Virus record (IMG/VR): IMGVR_UViG_3300011335_000109
Coordinates: 1-52,924 of that record
Length of the DNA stretch: 52,924 nt
Origin: a virus
Lineage: Duplodnaviria > Caudoviricetes
Reading direction: 5' to 3' (one strand)
Shown: positions 45,303-52,924 of the stretch, piece after piece
How the letters are laid out: each line of letters starts with the position of its first letter
How positions within the stretch are numbered: the first letter of the stretch is position 1
Made by a program: the position numbers and the translations under genes
Notes under the pieces: model-generated
The model's input: only the letters and a program-made list of their open reading frames with translations
The model's database searches: none
Told to the model about the DNA's origin: nothing

Positions 45303-45967
45303 GTTTCATTTTCCTTGCGTCGTAAATAAAGAAGGTGAGCATTCTCATGCACTCTGTCAACATTACCATCGTATGCGTTAATACAAGCTTCATACAACTC
45401 TTTCTCATTGGTACAGTCTGCTAATATCTTTGCAGCTTTAGCAGGGCCAATACCTTTAAGGCCAATGATGTTATCTGCTGTGTCGCCAGACAGTATTTGT
45501 TTATAAAAATTTAGTACAGCAGTGTCTTTGTCTACATAATATTTGGTCTTCTTTACAAAGTTGTAATGATGACCAGATATCTGATCCAAATCTTTGTCTA
45601 AAGAAACGATGATACAACCATCCTCCCCAATGTTAGTGGCTGCTATGGCTATATCATCGTCTGCTTCTTGTTCAATAGAAACTGTTGCTCCCCAATGTTC
45701 AATTAAGAAACTTCTAATTGCATCAAGATGATGGGGTTTTTCAACGTCTTTTCTATTGCCCTTATACTCAGCGGTAACGGCAATCTCTTTTCGGAAATTG
45801 CCGCGACCTGTCAGAAACAACTTGAAGTCAGATGCCTCTGGGATTCCGAGTAGAAGGATATCTGCAATATAAACATCCAAAGTTGAAAGAGCTGTAATCA
45901 GATTTTCATCCTTGCATGCAAATGAAATTCGATATGCAACTATATCGGAATCCAAGAGTGCAATCAT
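45284..45967 (-). CDS. 5'-3' exonuclease (T7 gp6-like)
   Basis: LLDSD, NFRK...YKGNR, EADD, DKDL, GDTADNIIGLKGIG. Confidence 0.92.
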   Translation of the reverse strand: MIALLDSDIVAYRISFACKDENLITALSTLDVYIADILLLGIPEASDFKLFLTGRGNFRKEIAVTAEYKGNRKDVEKPHHLDAIRSFLIEHWGATVSIEQEADDDIAIAATNIGEDGCIIVSLDKDLDQISGHHYNFVKKTKYYVDKDTAVLNFYKQILSGDTADNIIGLKGIGPAKAAKILADCTNEKELYEACINAYDGNVDRVHENAHLLYLRRKENETWHPPL

Positions 45968-46185
45968 TAGTCAGGTGTCCCTTTGTTTTCCTCTTCTTCA
46001 AACAACTCACCCATTGGGCGAGCATTTTCGATGTTAGCAGCTTTGCTTTGCTGCTTTTGAAGCACTGCTCCGCGAAGAGCAGCGAACAAATCGAAAGATT
46101 GTTCAAGAGGGAGTTTAGCCAATCCACTCAAAATCAAACCAACTTGAAGTTCGTTCAATTCAAACCTGTACAATTCATCATTCAT
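45967..46185 (-). CDS. Small hypothetical protein
   Basis: 72 aa; ATGA/TAATG coupling. Confidence 0.7.
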   Translation of the reverse strand: MNDELYRFELNELQVGLILSGLAKLPLEQSFDLFAALRGAVLQKQQSKAANIENARPMGELFEEEENKGTPD

Positions 46186-46592
46186 AGAACCACCTCTTCA
46201 TCTTCAACGGCTTCAACACCGTACTCAATCAAATCAGTTACGACAAGCTTAACAAGAGATGGGCTTACGCCTTTCTTGTTTTTATACTTCCATTCGTAAC
46301 TAGAAACAACTGCCCTACCTTTGCTGTTGTTACCAATGTTGCCGGTAATTTCAGCACCATCAGCGTCATAAGCGCGAATGGGATTGGCAGACTTGCAAGT
46401 GATGTAATTCCCCATCTCTGGCTTGTCTTCTTTGTTAGAAACAGACACTCCCATTCCTTCCAATGCAGCAACAGCAGCATCAGAAAGTTTGCAAAGATTA
46501 ACCTGATACTTGCCAGACATTTCGTTAGGCTTGCTCAGTTGTGCCCAGAAAATATCACAAGCAATCTTCACACGCTGTTTGTCGTTAGACAT
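46182..46592 (-). CDS. Single-stranded DNA-binding protein (T7 gp2.5-like)
   Basis: WAQL...SGKYQV, IGNNS, acidic C-terminal tail; between PolA and exonuclease. Confidence 0.75.
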   Translation of the reverse strand: MSNDKQRVKIACDIFWAQLSKPNEMSGKYQVNLCKLSDAAVAALEGMGVSVSNKEDKPEMGNYITCKSANPIRAYDADGAEITGNIGNNSKGRAVVSSYEWKYKNKKGVSPSLVKLVVTDLIEYGVEAVEDEEVVL

Positions 46593-46634
46593 AATAAACT
46601 CCAAAAGATTTAAAAAGAAAATTCACTAGTTACG

Positions 46635-48341
46635 TCAGTGACATTCACGCCAGTTGTTACCAATCTTCCCTTCCGCTGCAACTGGACAACGAAAGCGTAA
46701 AATCTGTCCTGCTAGACTAGCAGCCTCAATGATTGTTTGCATTGCCAACTCAGCGTCAGCTTCAGCAACTTCCCATTGCGTTTCATCATGTACGAAAGCC
46801 ACAAGTTTAGCATCAATGCCTCGCTCATTCAACAGCTTTGTTGCTTTTATGAGCCACTGTTTAGCAACAATAGCCCCTGCTGATTGAAGCAAAGTGTTCA
46901 ACGCAGCATGCTGACTTCTTATCCACAATTGCCTACCGTCTAGCCCCGGCAATGTGCCATGCTTTTCTATAGTGGTTGCAATCTTAGACTTAAGCTTGAC
47001 CAATGCTGGCGTATTGGTAAGGAAGTTGTCGATTAGTGTCTTTGCCTTGCCGGTAGAAACACCAATGGTTGAAGCAATCTTTGCAGGGCCAGCACCATAA
47101 AGCATTGCATATGTCAGAGTCTTGGTGATGTTCCTAGCTTTCTTATGCTCGCTGTTGTGCTCATCCTTGACAGTGCCTTTAGGGATTAGGCCAAAGCTTT
47201 GAGCATTACGCCAGTGAATGTCACCAGTTAAAAGTTCTAACTGCCAATCACTATCCTGCATATAATGAGAAAGACATCGAAGCTCAATACCAGACAAGTC
47301 AACACCAACAAGACTCTTTCTTTTGGGGACAATAAACATCTCACGGCATTCTGCTCCATAAGGACTACCAACAGCAGGCACTTGCGCTAGATTGGGGCTA
47401 TGGTGACTACAGCGTCCTGTAACAGCACCATTGGTAATAATGCGTCCATGAATGCGACCGTCATTACCTACTAGTTCAAGCCAGCTATTGATCTGAGCAA
47501 CACGCTTCTGAAGCATTAAATATTCAGACACTAGCTTTGCTTCTGGCAAATCAATTGTCTCTAGCACTGCTTCATCGACGATGATGGAACCCTTCTCCGT
47601 ATGCTTTGAAAACACCACTCCAAGCCCCTGTAAGCGCTCCGCAATCTGTTGGCGACTACCGGGATTAAAGACGGTGATTTTGTCCTTCAAAGGCTTGCCA
47701 GTCTTCTCTGAGATGCGGTGCTCAGTGATTGGGGGAAACACTTCCTGCATCTTGTTTTCAATGTCAGCCATACGCCCAGACAATTGTGCTTGCAATGTCA
47801 TGGCTTTCTGCTCATCAAAAGCAAACCCATTGTTCTGCATCTTGTTGCAGATAACAGCAACGTCATGTTCCCAGAAAATGCTGCGCTGTTCAAACCTATT
47901 CATCTCAGCTTGAAGATGATTGAACAAACGGAACGTAACATTTACGTCTTGTACACAATACTTGTACATCTCTTCGCTATAACCGCTATCGAAATCAGTG
48001 AAGTTTCCTTTAGCAAAGCCAAGCCTAGCACCCCATCCTGCTAGTGAATGTTTTTCCTGTTTTCCATCCACCAAAATGGGATCAATGTCAGGCTTATAAA
48101 GCCGAGCCATGACAAGAGTATCAACCAGAAGTTCATCTGGGATGGTAACGCCCCACACTCGACTAAGAACAGGAGCATCGAACCCAATAATGTTATGGCC
48201 GCACACTGATACATCATTTAAGTATTCCTGTAAGCCGGTAGGGGAGAGCCAACGCATAGTTTTGTCTGTGCGGGTGTCATAAGTTACACAAAGCCAAATC
48301 TTATCGTGGGCAAGGTTTGTTTCAATATCTAAGAATATCAT
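46635..48341 (-). CDS. polA: Family A DNA polymerase with 3'-5' exonuclease (T7-like)
   Basis: LDIET, GHNIIGFD, YCVQDV; DLSGIELR (A), KTLTYAMLYG (B), VHDE (C). Confidence 0.96.
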   Translation of the reverse strand: MIFLDIETNLAHDKIWLCVTYDTRTDKTMRWLSPTGLQEYLNDVSVCGHNIIGFDAPVLSRVWGVTIPDELLVDTLVMARLYKPDIDPILVDGKQEKHSLAGWGARLGFAKGNFTDFDSGYSEEMYKYCVQDVNVTFRLFNHLQAEMNRFEQRSIFWEHDVAVICNKMQNNGFAFDEQKAMTLQAQLSGRMADIENKMQEVFPPITEHRISEKTGKPLKDKITVFNPGSRQQIAERLQGLGVVFSKHTEKGSIIVDEAVLETIDLPEAKLVSEYLMLQKRVAQINSWLELVGNDGRIHGRIITNGAVTGRCSHHSPNLAQVPAVGSPYGAECREMFIVPKRKSLVGVDLSGIELRCLSHYMQDSDWQLELLTGDIHWRNAQSFGLIPKGTVKDEHNSEHKKARNITKTLTYAMLYGAGPAKIASTIGVSTGKAKTLIDNFLTNTPALVKLKSKIATTIEKHGTLPGLDGRQLWIRSQHAALNTLLQSAGAIVAKQWLIKATKLLNERGIDAKLVAFVHDETQWEVAEADAELAMQTIIEAASLAGQILRFRCPVAAEGKIGNNWRECH

Positions 48342-48375
48342 CTACTGATCTCTATAGAAAAAGTTTAAAGGCAAA

Positions 48376-49962
48376 TCAAAGAGCGGGTTCTTCCTCAATA
48401 TGTTCCAGCATTCTCCCTGTATGTTTATTGTAAAGCAAATCACAAGCGGGGCCGGTAGTCCCACTATATCTATTCTTCAATACCCTTACATGCGTAAGGT
48501 TGCGAGTATGTTCATCAGGTGCTTGACCATTTCGCTCCAAACCAATAACCATATCGGAAAGCTGAGCAATGGAACCACTACCCCGCAATTGAGCCAAAGA
48601 CGTAACAGCACCTTCTTCATGTCCTTTATCCGATGGGCGTTTCAAATGGGAAACAATGATTAGAGCAATGTTAGTTTCTTGTACCAACATGCGAAGCTTA
48701 GTCATGATTTCATCAATGGCTTTGCGCTCATCTCCATTCTCTTGAGCAGAGATGATGATGGAGATATGGTCAACAAAGACATACTTGCAATCAAGAGCCT
48801 TTGCCATGTAACGAACACGGCTAATGATGTTATCAATTGATGTACTGCCAAAGTGATCAAACAAGTAAATCCTGTCTGTCCCTAACGTAGCATCAAAAGC
48901 ATTACGCTTTTCCTCATCATTAACAACAACATCAGGCAGATGCAATGGCATGTTGGCTGACAATGACATCAAAGACAAAGACGTTTTCTTTACGCTTTCT
49001 TCAAGAAACATCAAGCCAATCTTGTCTTCTGTATGTTGAAGCAAATGCCAAACAATCTCTTTTAATGTTTGACTCTTACCCAATCCAGAGCCAGCAGTAA
49101 CACAAACCAATTCACCCTTGCGAATACCGTATGTCAAAGCATTCAATCCAGCCCAAGGATATAGACAATCTGCTGGAGCCACCGGCTTAGCAATAGCATC
49201 CCATAAGCTACTACCACACACGATACCATCAGGAACATATTGTTCACTACTCCACCAACGCTGGACGAACGCAGCTTCTTTATTATCCTTGAGCCAATCG
49301 CATGCATCTTTGTACTCCGGTAAATGTTTAAATACCTTTGCTTTGCTCCCAAACAATTCAGCAACTTCTTTAGCGGCTTTAATACCAACCTCATCACCGT
49401 CAAAGCAAACAACAATAGTTTCAAAGCTATTGATGTATTCGTATTGCTTCTTGCAATCTTTAATTGCTGATCCAACACCATTGCGAATAGAGATGCATGG
49501 ATATTTGCTTCCAGTCATTTGGAATGCGGCTAACGCATCCATCTCACCTTCAACAATGGTGATGTACTTTCCACCAGCGGGAAACAATTGTTGACCAAAC
49601 AACAAACCATCTGCCCATTCACCGTCAATGGTAAATTTCTTTTCTGCAATGTCTCTGTATTTAACAGCGACAATAGAATTGTTACTATTGTAATAAGGGA
49701 AAATGTAGCTATTGTTTTCTCTAACAACACCATACCGTTCTGCTGATGCTTTTGTTATCCGACGATCTGCAATTGAAACTGCACTACCTTTTTCATATCG
49801 TAAAGCTGACATAGGATTTTTCCTAGTTGGTTGTTGAACAGACTCTGAGTTGCCAATAGTAAAAACATTACAAACAAAACATTTACTACTGCCATCAGCA
49901 TTGATTGCTTTGCCATCACTACTACCGCAATGACTACAGGGTTGATGCGTTTGTATAAACAT
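48376..49962 (-). CDS. Primase-helicase (T7 gp4-like)
   Basis: Zn finger CSHC...CFVC, TOPRIM EGEMDAL and FDGD, Walker A GSGLGKS, VDHISI, LRGSGSIAQLSD, KNR. Confidence 0.95.
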   Translation of the reverse strand: MFIQTHQPCSHCGSSDGKAINADGSSKCFVCNVFTIGNSESVQQPTRKNPMSALRYEKGSAVSIADRRITKASAERYGVVRENNSYIFPYYNSNNSIVAVKYRDIAEKKFTIDGEWADGLLFGQQLFPAGGKYITIVEGEMDALAAFQMTGSKYPCISIRNGVGSAIKDCKKQYEYINSFETIVVCFDGDEVGIKAAKEVAELFGSKAKVFKHLPEYKDACDWLKDNKEAAFVQRWWSSEQYVPDGIVCGSSLWDAIAKPVAPADCLYPWAGLNALTYGIRKGELVCVTAGSGLGKSQTLKEIVWHLLQHTEDKIGLMFLEESVKKTSLSLMSLSANMPLHLPDVVVNDEEKRNAFDATLGTDRIYLFDHFGSTSIDNIISRVRYMAKALDCKYVFVDHISIIISAQENGDERKAIDEIMTKLRMLVQETNIALIIVSHLKRPSDKGHEEGAVTSLAQLRGSGSIAQLSDMVIGLERNGQAPDEHTRNLTHVRVLKNRYSGTTGPACDLLYNKHTGRMLEHIEEEPAL

Positions 49963-49967
49963 ATAAA

Positions 49968-50840
49968 TTATTCAATTAATTTTCTCATTTTCATTGCCTC
50001 TGTTGACAATGCTAATGAATGTTTAATATAAGGATTTAATGCATAAGGGTTGGCATGTCCTGTTATTGACATGATGTTGTGAAGAGGGACTCCGTACTCT
50101 AGCATCTCTGTCAAGGCTGTGCGCTTTAAATCTGAAATCTGTAGTTCTGGCGCAACACCAGCAGCTTCTTTTATTTTGTTTGCAATTTGGGAGATGCGAA
50201 CGGCTGTATAAGGCAATAGTCCTCCTTTTCTATCTGACTTTGCAGATGGGGCAATATACTTTTGCCATCCGTAGTCTTCATATTGTTTACTAAGTGTTGC
50301 CATCAATTCTTTGCTTGATGGTATGGTTGTTGCTTCTTTCCTTTTTGTTTTTGGTATTGTCACCACTCCTGTTTGTAGGCAATAATTTTCCCATTGTAAA
50401 ACCCTCAAATCACCGACACGCTGTCCCCACTCATGAGCCATTTGCACTATAAGCCCTATGGAACGGCCCTCAAACCGGCTATAGGCGACGTTTAGGAACT
50501 TGCTAATATCTTCCCTAGTCCAGCATACAGATCGTGGCTTGTAGGGCTTCCTAACAACTTCGCGCACAGTGTTATATTTTATATATCCTTTGCCAACGGC
50601 ATATTTAAAAACCGTTCTCCATGTCGCTAAAACGTGCATTGCTAATGATGGAGTCTTTTCATACATATCATCATAAAGCTTTTGCCACTCAGGTGTTCTA
50701 ATTGTGGATATTGCTCTATCTAAAAGTTCTGGTGAATACCATTTAGATAGATAATACACATAATCACGTTGCGATTTAGGAGAAAGGTTTTTGTAAATAT
50801 TAGAATGTATGTAATTAGTAATAAGTCTAGACACTTTCAT
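49968..50840 (-). CDS. Tyrosine recombinase/integrase-family protein with non-canonical HxxR motif
   Basis: GQRVGDL (R), PKT (K), SDLKRT in place of HDLRxT, ITGH, LNPY (Y). Confidence 0.8.
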   Translation of the reverse strand: MKVSRLITNYIHSNIYKNLSPKSQRDYVYYLSKWYSPELLDRAISTIRTPEWQKLYDDMYEKTPSLAMHVLATWRTVFKYAVGKGYIKYNTVREVVRKPYKPRSVCWTREDISKFLNVAYSRFEGRSIGLIVQMAHEWGQRVGDLRVLQWENYCLQTGVVTIPKTKRKEATTIPSSKELMATLSKQYEDYGWQKYIAPSAKSDRKGGLLPYTAVRISQIANKIKEAAGVAPELQISDLKRTALTEMLEYGVPLHNIMSITGHANPYALNPYIKHSLALSTEAMKMRKLIE

Positions 50841-51037
50841 AAGGCAGAACTATCATCTTCTGTCGGTGTTTTTCTAATCTCACCACCTAATATAGCTGTC
50901 TCTTTGATATCATCCAATACCAATTGAGCATGTTCTCTAGATATTGCATAGAAAACAGAGCCAAAGTTAGTGCCCTCTGATTCATATAACATCACATAGG
51001 GTTTCCATGTATTACCTTTATTGTCTTTTATATTCAT
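50837..51037 (-). CDS. Small hypothetical protein
   Basis: 66 aa; ATGA overlaps on both sides. Confidence 0.7.
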   Translation of the reverse strand: MNIKDNKGNTWKPYVMLYESEGTNFGSVFYAISREHAQLVLDDIKETAILGGEIRKTPTEDDSSAL

Positions 51038-51867
51038 AGGTGTCCTATAGAGTGTAAAGCCCGTGTAAGTCTTTCCAGATATTTTAATTGAACTAGTTTA
51101 TCGAGCCACCGTTGCGGAATGTTTTTATATCCATAAATTCTACCAGCCAATATACCTGTGACAGCACCAACAGTATCGGCATCATCACCGTAATTAACAG
51201 CTTTGATAACAGCTTCTTCAAAAGAACTAGTAGATAACACACATTGCCATGCTCGATTATAAGCATACATAATCGAACCCTTCCCATTTTCTTGTCTAAA
51301 ATTGTATGGGCGAAGACGATAGAATTGCTCCAATTGCTTACCTTCTAACAACTCTGCCATCCATGCTGTCATATAACGAATGGTGTCAGTGTTGCCATGC
51401 GTAATCAAAGAGCATGCAATACCATCAGCAACAGCGTCGTAAGTATTTCTCCAATTGAATACGGCAATAGGTGCAGAACGCATAATAGAACCATTACCAG
51501 AAGCATCTCTGACATTCTCCCCGGCGTAAGGACGCCTTTCGGTTACATTAAATAAACTATTGTGTGTAGTAACACCTACATCAAAACAATAATCGCGTGT
51601 ACCAAAGCTTCCATTCTCCAACCACAATTGAAAATTGTGGGCAATCATGGATGAATTAAATCGCCGTGATTTAATATAAGCATCAGCAATGCATACCGCC
51701 ATTGCTGTGTCATCAGTCCATTCACCTTCTGCTAAATTAAATGTACCACCACCAATCATTTCAGTTACAAGAGGGAAAGAGCCTTCAGATTTAAACTCTA
51801 CAGGCCCACCCAATGCGTCACCAATAGCACCACCAATAAAACAACCCAAAGATTCATCTAACGTCAT
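51034..51867 (-). CDS. ADP-ribosylglycohydrolase (DraG/ARH family)
   Basis: GGAIGDALG, WTDDTAM, GNGSIMR, ITH, GDDADTVGAVTG. Confidence 0.93.
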   Translation of the reverse strand: MTLDESLGCFIGGAIGDALGGPVEFKSEGSFPLVTEMIGGGTFNLAEGEWTDDTAMAVCIADAYIKSRRFNSSMIAHNFQLWLENGSFGTRDYCFDVGVTTHNSLFNVTERRPYAGENVRDASGNGSIMRSAPIAVFNWRNTYDAVADGIACSLITHGNTDTIRYMTAWMAELLEGKQLEQFYRLRPYNFRQENGKGSIMYAYNRAWQCVLSTSSFEEAVIKAVNYGDDADTVGAVTGILAGRIYGYKNIPQRWLDKLVQLKYLERLTRALHSIGHL

Positions 51868-51991
51868 TAGTTATTCCTGCAATATTAAAAGGATGAGGGT
51901 TTGCTTTTTTTATAAAAGCCGCAAGCCATGTTTCTATGCGCTTTAATTGCTTTCGGCGTTGCGCCAAATCGTGGGCATTATCACCTTTCAT
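51854..51991 (-). CDS. Possible 45-aa basic peptide (not in track)
   Basis: MKGDNAHDLAQRRKQLKRIETWLAAFIKKANPHPFNIAGITNDVR; fills the gap and overlaps both neighbours. Confidence 0.4.
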   Translation of the reverse strand: MKGDNAHDLAQRRKQLKRIETWLAAFIKKANPHPFNIAGITNDVR

Positions 51992-52145
51992 TTTCTTTCA
52001 TCTCCACGCTAACGATGTAAGGGTGGCTATAAAGGCCACATTGATCAACAAAGAGTTCCATTTCCCACATAGATTCAAATGTTTTCCAATAGGCTGTACC
52101 GCTTTCAAACTTCCAATGTAAAATGTATGGAGCAAAATTATCCAT
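51981..52145 (-). CDS. 54-aa hypothetical protein (not in track)
   Basis: AAGGA RBS; MDNFAPYILHWKFESGTAYWKTFESMWEMELFVDQCGLYSHPYIVSVEMKENER. Confidence 0.6.
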   Translation of the reverse strand: MDNFAPYILHWKFESGTAYWKTFESMWEMELFVDQCGLYSHPYIVSVEMKENER

Positions 52146-52157
52146 TGTCTTTCCTTT

Positions 52158-52190
52158 AAAAGAGAAAGCCGCAACAATGTCACGGCTTTC
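52158..52190 (-). terminator. Intrinsic terminator after the DUF932-like gene
   Basis: GAAAGCCG...CGGCTTTC 8-bp stem followed on the minus strand by TCTTTT. Confidence 0.65.
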
Positions 52191-52198
52191 CGGTTTAA

Positions 52199-52924
52199 TT
52201 AATGTGCCAACAACTCCGCGAATGGGCCGCGAATAACAGCCTCAATGTCTTGTTCAATGCGAAGACGTTTACGCCCGTCATCACTTTCACCGCGAGCCTT
52301 ATCAACGTGAGTTGACATATGCGTTAGCGTGTTATAAACACGATATGCATTGTTGCCCATGTTGTAGCTATTGTGAATAGCAACAATGCGTTCCAACATC
52401 TTCTCATTAATCTTTACAGTACCAGCATTGGTTTTATACTTAGCTACATGATCGCGGTAGAATTCAACAGCGGTGTCTTTGTCAATCCTAATAGATACCA
52501 TGTCACGCATTAGATCGGCATCAGCCTCTAGCTTAGGCAACCAACCACTGGCAATTGTTCCAATCAATTCAGGATCATTCATTGTCGTATGCTTCTGGGA
52601 AAAGCCAATTGTTTCCCTTGCACTAATCATTCCATTCAGACAAGCCAGACGCATAATCATTGCCCTAACTTGCCGACGCACAGTTTGATCATGCGAATCA
52701 GCAATAACAATTTTCATTTGAGCAGCTTCGCCCAAACGCTTTTCAAAGTTGTGATTGGGCAATACAATCTCTGCTCGCATTGCAGCACCATTACCAATTG
52801 AATCAGCCTTGACAATTGCGTTTGAAAGATCAAGGGTTGATTGCTTCAAACCTTCCCAAAGACTTTCCCACATAGTGGTGTAATTGGTAACAGAATGACG
52901 CGACTTACCATCACCAATGATTGC
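52199..52924 (-). CDS. DUF932-like protein, 5' end beyond the window
   Basis: Frame open to the window edge (AIIGDGKSRHSVTNYTTMWESL...); DSHD, RLACLNG, H, NAYRVYNTLT motifs. Confidence 0.75.
   Translation of the reverse strand, partial: AIIGDGKSRHSVTNYTTMWESLWEGLKQSTLDLSNAIVKADSIGNGAAMRAEIVLPNHNFEKRLGEAAQMKIVIADSHDQTVRRQVRAMIMRLACLNGMISARETIGFSQKHTTMNDPELIGTIASGWLPKLEADADLMRDMVSIRIDKDTAVEFYRDHVAKYKTNAGTVKINEKMLERIVAIHNSYNMGNNAYRVYNTLTHMSTHVDKARGESDDGRKRLRIEQDIEAVIRGPFAELLAH

Noticed and set aside
41113-49962. Inteins or introns in nrdA, polA or helicase
   Set aside because: Proteins are compact with contiguous motifs; no insertion or intein splice-junction motifs seen

Overview
The window is most of a tailed dsDNA phage genome with podovirus-like architecture, in two convergent arms. 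The + arm (545-37120) is the late/structural module: small basic proteins, terminase, portal, scaffold, major capsid, tail tubular proteins, a long tail fibre, two tandem 7-repeat beta-propeller/partner cassettes, lysis genes, large internal (ejected) virion proteins and an HNH nuclease. The - arm (52924-37204) is the early/replication module: a DUF932-like gene cut by the window edge, ADP-ribosylglycohydrolase, a degenerate tyrosine recombinase, T7-like primase-helicase, PolA, SSB, exonuclease, HNH, ThyX and class I RNR. The arms meet at a tRNA-Arg(UCU). No RNA polymerase, CRISPR array or reverse transcriptase is visible. Best leads: (1) a putative ADP-ribosyltransferase cargo domain at the C-terminus of the 1710-aa internal virion protein, in a genome that also carries a DraG-like ADP-ribosylglycohydrolase (possible writer/eraser pair); (2) a GC-rich array of translationally coupled mosaic ORFs built from shared DNA/peptide modules between nrdA and nrdB; (3) a short 'hydrophobic-x-x-GG-x-V' tag repeated in seven late proteins; (4) a repeated CC/(N)NAC RNA internal-loop motif in the scaffold and capsid leaders. 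Family assignments come from motif recognition only; no database search was run.
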